Positions 33,095 through 45,000 of a stretch of 64,000 nt of DNA are shown piece by piece. Where the stretch lies: assembly GCA_000004985.1 (NCBI GenBank), contig GG738908.1. One strand, written 5' to 3'. Numbering within the stretch: the stretch's first letter is position 1; the number at the start of each line of letters is the position of its first letter. This DNA comes from Naegleria gruberi (taxonomy: Eukaryota). The notes beneath the pieces were generated by a model. The model did not search any database and had not been told where the DNA came from. It saw only the letters and a program-made list of their open reading frames with translations. The position numbers and the translations under genes were made by a program.

Positions 33095-34340
33095 TGTTAT
33101 AATGTTGTTGTTTTTTATGATTTTTATTTCAATTGACAGCTTTTGAATTTTGACAGGCCAAGCTCTTAGTAGTGAATATTCTTAATGTTTCTTAAAAGAA
33201 CTAAATACCGCTCTGCATTTCGTTATAAGAGTTCCTTAACTGTCGTTGCTAAAGTAATCAATTACCAAATTTGTATAATTATAAATGTCAGCAATCATTG
33301 ATAAGAAAGTGAGCGGATCATTAAATTGTCTTTCTCGTTGTGATACGACCAGCTTGGTATGGTGTTGATATCTTTAAAAACGCAAGTACATTGTTATTTC
33401 GTCCACTTTCCAATAACATTATGCAAGTCAATGAACCAAACGAGTTGTAATTAATGCATTAAAGTGTTGATACTATGGCTATAAGGCAACATTTATATCA
33501 TGATTGCAAATGATGTGAAAAAATAAACATTGACATTTGTGAAAATTTCGGACGAAAGTGGTTTACTAGCACAAAATGTTCAATGAAACATTTATAAACC
33601 TTCAGTTCCAAAAATATTGAATCATTTTCAAATTGTAAAGAAATTTGAAATTTATTCTTGTAAAATTTGTGTCTGCCTTCTCGATTAGTTGTTTGAATGG
33701 TTTCTTCCTCCTTCTTTGATGTTTCTCGACAAGTTAAAATACATGTATTCATTTAATCTTTTGCCTTTCATATAAACTCTATATCAATTTGATTCGCATA
33801 TTCAATGCATCTATTGCTTCAATCATGTGAATTGGCGCCAAAATTGATGATGATGAAAACCTTAATCAAAAAAAAATACTCAAACAAGATCACACCATGC
33901 GATTTATTCTCTCTAGTTGTCAACAGCCGACGGAGAAGATGAATTTGTATTATTTAAAAAATTAGCAATAGTAGTAGTAGTGGATCTTGGACTGATGGTT
34001 TTGTGAAGAAAATAGTATCATGATTTCAATCCTAAGGGAAAAGAAGAACAGGAGAGACAATGGTCCGAAGTGTGCACCGATCCAAACATAACTTTCTTGT
34101 TCTCTCCTAAATTTCAAAAAACATTCCTCCTCGCTTGACAAAAGTCTTGGTTCTGCTTTTTCATTATATTTTAATGATTGCAATAATATTATTATTATTT
34201 AAACACCTGATTGCTTGGTGACCTTACGGAAAGGAATTTGGTGGGAATTCTAATAATCATTACTTTGGTTAAATAATGGTCATCATTTTCAATGTTGGCA
34301 TTGATAGAGCTGTCAAATTATTAAAGTCAAATCAAAAAAA

Positions 34341-37070
34341 ATGGCAGGAGATTTTCGGAAGGCGTTTTATGCTGCGGAAAAAGGCAAAATTGATGAATTT
34401 AATAATTATTTTAATGAACAAGACGTTAATAAATCACAGAGAGGTGTTACCATGTTATATATTGCTTGCCAAAATGGACATTTAGAAATTGTTAAATTAT
34501 TATTATCATGTAAAACAATTGATGTTAATTTGAGTGTAAGTATTTTAATATTTAATTTAATTTTATATTTATAATATTAGACTGTAAGTATTTCAATGTT
34601 TAATATTTTTTATATTTAAAATATACATTAGACTGTAAGTATTTGATATTTAATATTATTTTATATTTTTAATATTAGTATGTAAGTATTTTAATATTTA
34701 ATATTTTTTATATTTTTAATATTAGTATGTAAGTATTTAATATTTAATATTATTTTATATTTATAATATTAGACCGTAAGTAATTAATATTTAATTTGAT
34801 ATTATTTATGTTTATAATATTAGTTTGTAAGTATTTAATTTTATTTATATTAATAATATTAGATGGTAAGTATTTTAATATTTAATATTATTTTATTTTT
34901 AATATTAGACACCATTATACATTGCGTGCCACTATGGACATTTAGAAATTGTTAAAGAATTACTTCAACATCCAAATATTGAAATAGATAGCGAATTGTC
35001 AGTGAATGGAATTAATATTCAAACAATTAAAAGTGACATGGAAAAGGAACAACAAATATTACAAGAACAAATAGAACAAAAAAAGTTGAAACAACTAGAA
35101 ATGGAAAGATTAGAAAGAAAAAGAATTACAAAATTAGAAATGGAAAGAATTGAAAAAGAACGTTTATTAAAAATAGAAAGAGAAAGAAAAGAATTTGAGA
35201 AAAAGCAACCATTCATAATCACATCTGAAACACTTTCAAAATTATGTTCACTCAACCAACAAGTAGATAATAATAGAAGAAAAGTTGAAAAACAATTTGA
35301 ATCAATTCAATCATTTTCTTCTTCTATTCAAATTGAGAAAGAATTTCAAGATGAATATTTAAGAATTTGTGATAATTTAAATAATTGTTGTAATTTAATT
35401 GAAAAATTAACAAGTAATAATTATAATATTGAAAATAATGAACATTTGTCAACTATTAATAATTTAATGAATAATATTAGAACTATATTGGAATTTATTA
35501 ATAATCAAAAATATTTATTTAAATTACAATCTTATTCAGAAGTATTAAATGAAAAATTAGAATTATTTAATGAATTTAATTCTCAATTTATTAAACAAGA
35601 ATTATTTGACAATATTGAAATGAGTGAACAATCTATTAAGAATATAAAAAGTATTAATATTGTTCCAACTCATAATAAATTTGGAAATGAAACTAAAACA
35701 ATATTACAACAAGTTACAAAACAATTATCAAATATTGTAAACTCTATCAATAATTGTAATGAAATTGATTTGACACAATTTTCAAATAATTTACAAAAAG
35801 CAATGGAATTATCAGAACAAGAAGAATTATATTTAAATAATATATTGTCAAATTGTAAAATATTAATTTCAGACAATGATCAAATGAATATTTTACAATT
35901 ATATAATTATTATCAAAAACAAGAATTAAATTGTAAATTATTAATTCAAGAAACAATTCCATATATAATTGAAAAATATGAAATGTTACAAAATATTATA
36001 AATATTATGAATAATTATTCAAATTTATCTGAACAATTTAAAACTATTCAAAGACAAAAAACAAGAATTNAAGAAATTTAATTGTGANNNNNNNNNNNNN
36101 NNNNNNNNNNNNNNNNNNNNNNNNNNNNNNNNNNNNNCATGAAAATTTGAAAATTGAAATTTTAAATCTAGAAAAGGAAAAGAAACAATTTTCAAATTCA
36201 AAGTCAAAGAAAAGTGAAGAAATTTCAAAGAAATTACAAAATTTGAAACAAAAAGAAATTGAAATTGAGAAGATGGAAAAGGAAATTAAAGAATCAAAAT
36301 CCAAACAATTAACAATTTCACTTCCAAGTTATTGGAAAAGAAACACATTCCAAACTTATTCGAAAAGATATTACATTATTGATGTTACACAATATTTAAA
36401 AGATACAATGCAAGAAATTATGAATGTATCGTGTAATTCTGCAACACTTGGATCTGGAAGAGATCAATTATTAAGAATTAATTATTCTAAATTAATTGTT
36501 TCAAGTGTTTCAAGAATTGAAAATTCAACACTTTTCACTTCATTCAAATCAAGAATGAATCATTTAATTTCATATCAAGATTCAATTAATTCACTTCAAG
36601 TTCAAACTGAAAATATTTCAAAAACATCAAAAACATTTGAATGGATGAAAACAATTGGATTAAATTCTAATATGAATGAAAAATATTTATGGCATGGAAC
36701 AAAACCTGAATTTGTGAATACAATTGCAGAACATGGATTTGATGAAAGAGTTGCAAATTTAAATGGATTATTTGGAGCAGGTATTTATTTTGCAGAATAT
36801 TGTTCAAAGAGTGATCAATATTGTACACCTGATCATTCAAATGAATATACTCTTTTATTATGTAGAGTTGTAATGGGAAGACAAATTCATTTCACAAAAC
36901 AAGTGATGAATAATCAGAGAAGACCACCTGAAATTTCAGGAAGTAATAATAGAGTTTATGATAGTGTTATTGGTCAATCAAATACTTCAACTAATTCATA
37001 TAGAGAATTCATTGTCTATGATAAATGTCAATGTTATCCTGAATTTATTATTAAATACAAGAGACAATAA
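34341..37070 (+). CDS. Ankyrin-repeat – coiled-coil – (kinase region missing or in gap) – PARP-catalytic-domain protein (copy B, inverted paralog of 10466..14954)
   Basis: Exon 1 (34341..34535): MAGDFRKAFYAAEKGKIDEFNNYFNEQDVN..TMLYIACQNGHLEIVKLLLSCKTIDVNLS, then GTAAGT. A 373-bp intron (34536..34908) is made of eight 47-bp intron-like units. Exon 2 from 34909: TPLYIACHYGHLEIVKELLQHPNIEID, then coiled coil that is near-identical to copy A. After ..TIQRQKTRI comes a 50-N gap (36088..36137), then HENLKIEILNLEKEKK.. and the PARP domain, which differs from copy A at only a few residues (e.g. SKTFEWMK against SKSFEWMK). Stop at 37070. About 80 bp of 3' flank are also shared with copy A. Confidence 0.8.
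34536..34908 (+). repeat. Tandem array of eight 46-47-bp intron-like units forming intron 1 of PARP-gene copy B
   Basis: Units read GTAAGTATTT(T/C/G)A(A/T)(T/G)TTTAATATT(A/T)TTTTATATTT(A/T)TAATATTAG, each followed by exactly 3 nt (ACT, ACT, TAT, TAT, ACC, TTT, ATG). The first exon-2 codon is ACA. Confidence 0.85.
36088..36137. other. Assembly gap (50 N) at the position where copy A carries its kinase domain
   Basis: Run of N characters. The adjacent base at 36070 is also N. Whether copy B lacks the roughly 1.5-kb kinase region cannot be decided from this sequence. Confidence 0.99.
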
Positions 37071-37705
37071 GGAATCAATCAAAGAATTATTAATTTCACT
37101 TCACTCCCTGATGTGAGAGAATTACATCTCAACACAAAATAAATATCAACAAATTTATAAAGTTATGGATCGTGAATTTGGTGAAAAGAATTAAGGAAGG
37201 CTGCAATTAGTTCTCTGATGGAGTAAAACTCTCCGTATGGAAGTACAACGCTTTGTTGTAATTTGACTTTAAATTTCTACTAATTAATTGCATTGTAAAA
37301 CTAATCGATCTCAAATAAATCCTACAAATAGGATGAATCAGATTCGAATTGAGGGTGTTGAAGACGTTCCTGATTACAGTTTCAGTGAAATTTCAATCAA
37401 AACATTTCGTTGCTGATTAGGAAATGCTTTTCTTAGTCATTTCGAATATTTCTTTACTAATGGCCAATGAAAGAAACACAACAGAAGTAGGAGAAACAAA
37501 GTACTACCCAAGAGGTGGTATCTTTAAGCCATCAACGTAATATCCGACTTTACCCGCTCTTGATGGGATGAAAGTAAGAAAAAATGTCGAAACGAAATGA
37601 GACGAAACTCTCGCTCATTCAACACAACAAATCATCAGACGAAACTTATCAAGTTCATATAAAATCATCATCAACGGAGAAAGGAAACATTTCAAGATTT
37701 TTCTT

Positions 37706-39703
37706 TTGGATTCGGAAGAAATTAATTCGAATAAGAAAATTTGGATTTCGTTTATAATAGTTTCGATTATGTTCGGAGGATTAGTTTTATTATTAATGAA
37801 TGATTCATTCATTACGAACGGATCAGATTTTATTCGAAAGGATTCGTTTGAAATTTCTACATCCAATCACGAACTGAAATTAATAGAAATTTATTCCAAT
37901 ACCACTTCTTCTACTGAAATACGAAACGATTCATCAATTTGTCATCCAATTTTATTAGAAATGGGAGCCGAAAGTTCTTTAGGTCTTTGTGATGATCAAG
38001 TTTCGTCCAAAACCATCGCAGCAATCTTTCTCTTTGCCCACACCATCCTCGTTATTGTCACTCTCTCTGGCCTTCTCTACAAATTATGGAAATTACGAAA
38101 CGACATTTCGAATAGAGAAGCCAACTTTCTAACCATTACCAGAAATCCACTTTTAATGACATTAGGCTCCTTAATTGGATGGAGCTATAGTCTTGTAATG
38201 ATGGGAAGAGTACTCATTGGACGAAAGGTTTATCCATGTTTCTTATTCATGTTTGTTTTCTATATGGCAGTTCCTGGATTGGCAAGTACGATCATTATCA
38301 GATGTTTGAGATTGATAATTTTATCGAGGATGAATGAATTGAAAGTCAAGATTGGGAATAGAGAGATGAAGAGTGTGCCGAATCAAGTGAATGATAAATT
38401 GGAAAGGAAATATTCGAATGTTGTTGTGGATGGTGGAGTGGTGGTTGAAAGTGAATTGAAAGTTGTGAGCTCTGTAACGAGTACGAGTACTCAGCAAGAT
38501 GCAATTAATTCTTCTCTTGACAATGTGTCAGAAAGTGAGAGTGCTTGCACAATTTCAGCAATTCCACCAAGTATAGAGCCACAATCAATGAATATTACAT
38601 TGGAAGATTCTGTGAGTGTAAATCAACCTGGATATTCGAAATGGGAATCATTTGAAAGAAGATGGCTCATGAAAATGTACAAATTTCTAATTAGTTCCAA
38701 ATTCATAGCCATCTGGTATGCATCCATTGCAATTATACATATTGGAATTTACATTATCATTGGAGCATTTGATTATTTCAATTTCGAGAATGGTGTTAAC
38801 AATTTTTCCATTGAAGAACGACGATCCATGTCATTTGTGTACGATACTCGAATTTTCTCAGTTGGAGGATGTGGAATTAGTTTCAATTCAGTTTTAATTT
38901 TTGTCATTTATTTGGCAGTTTATGGAATTGTGGCCATTGTCATGTCCATTTATAGTTTTCTGGTCAAGAAGGATATTTGGAAAGTTAAAACAGAGCTCAT
39001 CCTCATTACACTCAATTGGTTAATCTTTTCAATTCTGTACGGAGTTTTTTCAATCATTGAAGTGTTGAGCATTCTCGTTGATTATTTCTTTCCAACAGTT
39101 GCTTTTATTTTACTGGCATGTGTCATTGACACGTTTGTTTCATGCACCATTCCAGTATTTTTCTATCAACGTTCCAAGAACTCTAAAGTAGCCAACACTC
39201 GACAAGTTTCCACCTCCAACATGCTTTCTAAAATACTATTTGATAAGAAATGGAATGAGGAATTCTTAATCTTTTCAGAGAAGAGTTATTGTCCAGAAAA
39301 TTTAATGTGTTGGAATTCTATTGAGATTTTTAGAGAATCTTCTGAGAAATTGAGAAGGAAACATATAATTAGTATTCTGGAAACTTATTTATTGGAAGGA
39401 TCTCCTTTGGAACTCAATGTTCAACGTCAAATATTTAATAATTTTGAAAATATCACGTCAATTGTCAGATCAATCAAAGCTCAAGAAGCAGAATTGAAAC
39501 GCTTAGCAGAGGAGAATAATAAGGTTGTGGGAACAGCTGTGGTAGCTCTGCAACGTAGAAAGTCAATGAAAATCATTCAAATTCCAACAAATTTATTCGA
39601 TTCCATTCAGAAACATTGTGAAATTAATATGGCTGATTGTTTTGATAGATTTTATGTGCAACATTGGCAGAAATTATGCATGGAATTGGATGTAGAGGAG
39701 TGA
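37706..39703 (+). CDS. Seven-transmembrane receptor with a C-terminal RGS domain (7TM-RGS, AtRGS1/GprK-like), paralog 1, intronless as far as visible
   Basis: Signal/TM (IWISFIIVSIMFGGLVLLLM); a Cys-containing ectodomain (NDSSICHPILLEMGAESSLGLCDDQ); seven hydrophobic helices (IAAIFLFAHTILVIVTLSGLL ... FFPTVAFILLACVIDTFVSCTIPVFFY); then an RGS domain (EFLIFSEKSYCPENLMCWNSIEIFRESSEKLRRKHIISILETYLLEGSPLELNV). The true start is uncertain because the first in-frame codon in the track is TTG. Confidence 0.75.
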   Translation: MDSEEINSNKKIWISFIIVSIMFGGLVLLLMNDSFITNGSDFIRKDSFEISTSNHELKLIEIYSNTTSSTEIRNDSSICHPILLEMGAESSLGLCDDQVSSKTIAAIFLFAHTILVIVTLSGLLYKLWKLRNDISNREANFLTITRNPLLMTLGSLIGWSYSLVMMGRVLIGRKVYPCFLFMFVFYMAVPGLASTIIIRCLRLIILSRMNELKVKIGNREMKSVPNQVNDKLERKYSNVVVDGGVVVESELKVVSSVTSTSTQQDAINSSLDNVSESESACTISAIPPSIEPQSMNITLEDSVSVNQPGYSKWESFERRWLMKMYKFLISSKFIAIWYASIAIIHIGIYIIIGAFDYFNFENGVNNFSIEERRSMSFVYDTRIFSVGGCGISFNSVLIFVIYLAVYGIVAIVMSIYSFLVKKDIWKVKTELILITLNWLIFSILYGVFSIIEVLSILVDYFFPTVAFILLACVIDTFVSCTIPVFFYQRSKNSKVANTRQVSTSNMLSKILFDKKWNEEFLIFSEKSYCPENLMCWNSIEIFRESSEKLRRKHIISILETYLLEGSPLELNVQRQIFNNFENITSIVRSIKAQEAELKRLAEENNKVVGTAVVALQRRKSMKIIQIPTNLFDSIQKHCEINMADCFDRFYVQHWQKLCMELDVEE

Positions 39704-39870
39704 GGAGGAGAGGACTAGAGTTTGTTTTTATGAATTACCCCATTAAGATGACTTGTGGCCATAGCTGTCACTTGTCCATATTTGTAATTTATTAATATGC
39801 ACTTTGCGAAGACGAACGAAGAATAAGGTGGAAGATCTGATGCGCCAAGTCCGTCAAAATATTGAAAAAA

Positions 39871-41792
39871 ATGCCCAACTGCCATTCACTTGGCAGCTGC
39901 CACACGTCACTTGACATTCAAAAACCAAAAACAAGATTTTTCATCTCTCTATCTCTTCTCATCATGATGACGATGAATTTTCCAACAAACGCATCAATTT
40001 TGAATACAACCATCATCAACACTGAATTACGAAATGATTCGTCAGTTTGTCATCCAATTTTATTAGAAATGGGAGCCGAAAGTCAGTACGGATTATGTGA
40101 TGACCAAACACCTTCAAAAGCACTTGCTGGAATCTTTCTCGGATTGCACACAATTTTGGAAATAGTTTCGTTTATTGGACTTTCGTATAAATTATGGAAA
40201 GTAAAAAGGTCAACCAGCAATGAAGCCAATTTTCTGACCATTACCAGAAATCCACTTCTCATGATTTTGGGCTCATTGGTCGGATATATCTATAGCATTA
40301 TCATGATGGTTAGAATTTTAATTGGACGAAAGATTTTTCCATGTTTCTTATTCATGTTTTGTTTTTATATGGCAGTTCCAGGATTGGCAAGTACGATCAT
40401 TGTCAGATGTTTGAGAACTATTACATTATCGAGGATGAATGAATTGAAAATCAAGATTGGTAATCGAGAAATGAAAGATTTGAAAAATGTCGAGTTGAGT
40501 GTGATGAGTTCTGTACAGATTGATGCAGTTTCGTCTAGTACGGAAACTTCTGAGAGTAATGTTTCACAAACTAATGTTTCATTTTCGGTTGAAAGTAATG
40601 CTACTGGATCACATTCTGGAACTTTGGAAAGTGGAAATCAAATGGTCAACCAGCAAGTTACTTTGGAAGATTCTGTCAGTGTGAATCAACCAGGAATTAC
40701 CAAATGGGAGAATTTTGAAAAGAAGGTCTTGATGAAGGTTTACAAATTCCTGATCAGTACCAAATTTGTAGTATTGTGGTATTCAATGATTGCCATCGTT
40801 CACATTGGAATTTATATCATTATTGGCGCAGTTGACTATGTGAATTATGATAAGAATATTGCACTTTCGTATGCTGAAAAAAAGTCCTCGTCCTTTGTTT
40901 ACGATACCAGAATATTCACAACCAATGGATGTGGTATCAGTTTCAATAGTGTTCTCATTATTATTGCCTATTTGGTGTTTTATGGAAGTTTTGCAATTGT
41001 GATTATTGGATATAGTTTTTTAATTAAGAGAGATATTTGGAGAGTCAAGATTGAGTTGTATATTATTGTGATTTGTTGGATTTTATTGATTATTCTGTAT
41101 GCTGTCTTTTCAGTTATTGACATTTTGAGTACCTTGTAAGTAATATAGTAGTAGTAGTAGAATGATTAACATTTGACAGGGTTGATTATTATTTTCCAAC
41201 CTTTTTGTTTATTTTGATTGGCTGTATGATTGATACATTCATGAGCGTGACAGTTCCTGTCTTTTTCTATCAAAAGGCAACAATAGATAATAGATATTCT
41301 CAATCTTCTAGAACTAACATACTTGTCAAGTGTCTATTCAATAAGAAGTGGAATGATGAATTTTTACTCTTCTCTGAAAAGAGCTATTGTCCAGAAAATT
41401 TGATGTGTTGGAATGCCGTTGAGCAATTTAAGAGAGCTCCTGAAAAACTGAGAAGAAAACTCATTAAGGTCATTATGGAGACCTATCTTATCGAAGGTTC
41501 TCCACTCGAACTCAATATTCAACGAAATATGTTCAATAATTTTGAAGATATTTCAGCCATCACTGATTCTATTAAGAGACAAGAGAATGAAATGAAAAGA
41601 CTTGTCGCAGAGAATAATATCGTGGTTGGAACGATCAAAAAGAGAAGATCTATGAAAATGATTTCAATTCAACCAAATATTTTGGATAGAGTTCAGAAAC
41701 AATGTGAAGTGAACATGGTTGACTGTTTTGATAGATTTTATATTCAGTATTGGCAAGATATGTGTAAAGATTTGGAATCTGATGAGAATTAA
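39871..41792 (+). CDS. Seven-transmembrane receptor with a C-terminal RGS domain, paralog 2, two exons
   Basis: Proposed structure join(39871..41135, 41180..41792). ATG at 39871 (MPNCHSLGSC..) with the same ectodomain motif (NDSSVCHPILLEMGAESQYGLCDDQ). Exon 1 ends ..DILST(L) at a GTAAGT donor (41136). A 44-bp intron (gtaagtaatatagtagtagtagtagaatgattaacatttgacag) has no counterpart in paralog 1. Exon 2: VDYYFPTFLFILIGCMIDTF..FSEKSYCPENLMCWNAVEQFKRAPEKLRRK (RGS). Confidence 0.75.
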
Positions 41793-42097
41793 TGTTGTGA
41801 TGAAATATGAAGAGGAAAATAGGATTTAAAATTTGGTGAAAATACGTTCGAAGTGATTGACAAGCTAACGAGCTCCAAATATTTATTTGAAATATAAGGT
41901 AATTGAATTACATCATTGGCTTGTGGTCTTTCTGTGGAATTCTTATTCAAAATGAGAGAACAATTTAATTAATTCTTTCGAATAGAGGTTAGGTTCTTCC
42001 ATTCTTTCAGTAAGCCATTGTTGAACGTGTTCTGGATCTTTGGTAAGATATTGTTCACTAGTAGAGACAAAAATAAATAAAAATATTTTTATACCTT

Positions 42098-45000
42098 TTA
42101 CATATTTGTTTCATGATCATCTAGCCATTGATAATTGAGTTCCTTTTCCTGTTCCATAATTTGAATCATTTCGGTACTGCTGATTCTTCCATTCTCTCCA
42201 GCAGAAGATCTTCCACTTCTTCTGTACATTTCCAAATCAATTAAATAGCATTGCAATACTGTATCAATAACAGTTTGGAAAATTGTAATAAACAATGAGC
42301 TGACAAGTACACTCATAGCAAAAACAATAACCAGCAACATAAAGCTATGATTCACATCAAGCCATTCCTTTCCTGAAAAGACAATTTCAAACAAGCCATA
42401 ATTACCTTGTTCATTGTAGGCATTGGTTATCTTTCCAACAACACTTGTGAATTCCTCAAGTGATTTATCTTGGGCATGAATGATAATATAAGCCACAGCA
42501 ACACTAATAATGGCGACTAACATTTTCATACAAAACATGATCCAATCGGTAATCCATTCCAGAACTGCAATAAATGTAATATTCTTACGCATCAGCTTGG
42601 TAGAACTGAGTGAGGAGTGGAAGAATGTTGTACCAAAAATGGCACAGTGAATCAAACTGTTTCTAGCAAAGAATTCCATGAATTTTTCAATGTACTTGAG
42701 AATAACAAATAGAATTCTATGGATAAATCTTGTTAAGAAATTATTTCTAAAATTGTTAATAAATCTAACAATAAAGAATTGACTCTCAACTGCTTGTTCA
42801 ACAGTGCTCTTTTCACTTTGATATCCCATCAAGGAAAGGGATGTCTTGATAACCAGTATCAAATATTTCACAAGTCCAACAAATAAACTAGCAAGTGCAA
42901 TACTTCCTGCATTGTAGTACATGACAAATAATGAAGCTTGAAGAACTGGAAGCTTTAGACACATGAGCGTCTTTTCATAGCTGTCAAATATTGCAGAGCT
43001 TGATTCACCTCTTCTTGCTGCTGTTATAGTTCCAGAAACGTTTCCAAACTTGAAATAGAAGGTAGAGGTAACACGAGCAACAACAATAGTAACAAAACTC
43101 AACAAGAATTGAGTAATCCAGAAGAAACCAAGCAAGTAGTATGCAAACCATCCTTTCAAGAGATGGGACTGCAAAGTTAAAATAAAGCTTGTTGGATTGG
43201 AGAGTGATTGCATCTTTTCAGTAAGGGTATTACCTGTGGCAATATTACTTGTAACTTTTCCAGCCAAAGATGAAGCATCTGTAATTCCAGCGGCTGTCAG
43301 TTCATTGGTGAGCAAGAGGGCAACAACACAGAACCACCAAACACAGAAAATAATGCCTCCAATAAAGATTGCAATAGGCAGTACTGTAAACATTTGAGGC
43401 ACTGTCGTAATAATCATGGCACTCTCCTTAATGATAGAAACTGATCTGGATAATGTCTTTTTCCAATAATTCCAGAAAATAAATGTGAACAACAAATTTG
43501 TAAAGAGTAAGAATAAACCACTGCCCAAGTAGAGAGAATTTTCCCAAGTTAAATCAGCAATAGTGGAAGAGAATTTCTGGGACCATCTTGATGAGCCAGA
43601 TACATTGAAATGTAGATCAGATCCTCCTTCAACAAGTAACATGATGGACAAGGAGAACCATGCAAGAATGAGTAGGGCAACGGTACCATAAATCAAAGGC
43701 TTGGCCAATACCCTCAACAAGACAACTGTAATAAATGATACAGCAGCAGTAATTGTAACTGAGATGAGAATAATTTTCCAACTATTATACAACATGGTAA
43801 CACTCTTAATGATAAACTTTTCCAAGAAGGAAGGCATCAAACCAGATAATTCTTGAATATTAATTTCCTTTCCAATATTTGAAATGGTTGGTAAATTATC
43901 AATATAAGGACCAATAGTTGCACTGAAATATGAAGCAGGTGATATAGTAGTAATATGTCGTATCAAATTGGAGAGGGCTGACTTTTGTTGTTCAAACATT
44001 TCTTCAGTCATTTCGAAACCTGAAATTGTTTGAAGACTGGACTTGGTATTCAAATTGTTTTGCAATTTAGCCAAATTAGCTGCTTGTTCAAAGAATGCAA
44101 ATGAAGACGGTGTAGGAATGCAACGTCCCATCACTGAAAAGTAGGTTTGATCTTGAGGAACTTCGAAATAGACAGGTTCTGCTTTCTTTTCCTTGGAGAG
44201 GAAGAAACGTTTAGCAGCACACAAGTTCTTCTTTTTGATAATGACTTTGGTGACATTTTCTGTAATGGTTTCATTTCCTACAATCTTTTTAACTTGTTCG
44301 GTAATTTCAGTCTTATCGAACCAGGTTTTTCTCAAGGAGAGAGGGCATTCATCCGATACAAATGACAAACTTTCTGTTGATTGAGATGAGAATTCATCAC
44401 GAACATCAAGGTCCTTATTGTTCAAATTCTTTGAATTATCAATAGTCTTGACAGCACTTGGGCAACTCTCCACACAAATACCTCCATGTTTAATCCAAGT
44501 TTCAAATGGTACTGTTGATTTGGCAAGGTCATACTTTTCCTTTCCAAAGAATGCATCCTTTTCATTCATAATCCACAAATATTTACGTGATGAAAGATCT
44601 TCCTTCCAATAGTTTTTATCAACCATAGAATCAGCAAATTGAAGTGCTCTATTTTGAATAGATAAACTATCGAGAGATCCATCATCTTTAGAATAATCAA
44701 CACCACAAGCTCTTCCCAAATAATCAATCGGATAGAAGAAACGTGTCATTTCCCTCTTTGATGGAATAAAGTAATTAAAGAATGAAATATTGTCGTCTAA
44801 TGATGATGGATTGTTGTTGTTACTATTTACAGAGGAAGTAAGAAGGTCGGCAACACTGGCTTTTAAAAGATTCATCTCTGCCCCTTGATTATGTTCCTTC
44901 AATTGTGCTGAAATGTACTCTCTTCTCTTTACTATAGCCTCCAAAGCAATAGCAATCATACCAATACAGAAGAGGATAAACACAATAAGGAAGAGAATAT

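Noticed and set aside
37560-37705. Possible two-codon first exon (ATG AAA|GTAAGA) spliced to 37697 to provide an ATG for 7TM-RGS paralog 1
   Set aside because: It is frame-compatible but speculative. A 6-nt first exon cannot be supported without transcript data, so the start is left uncertain.
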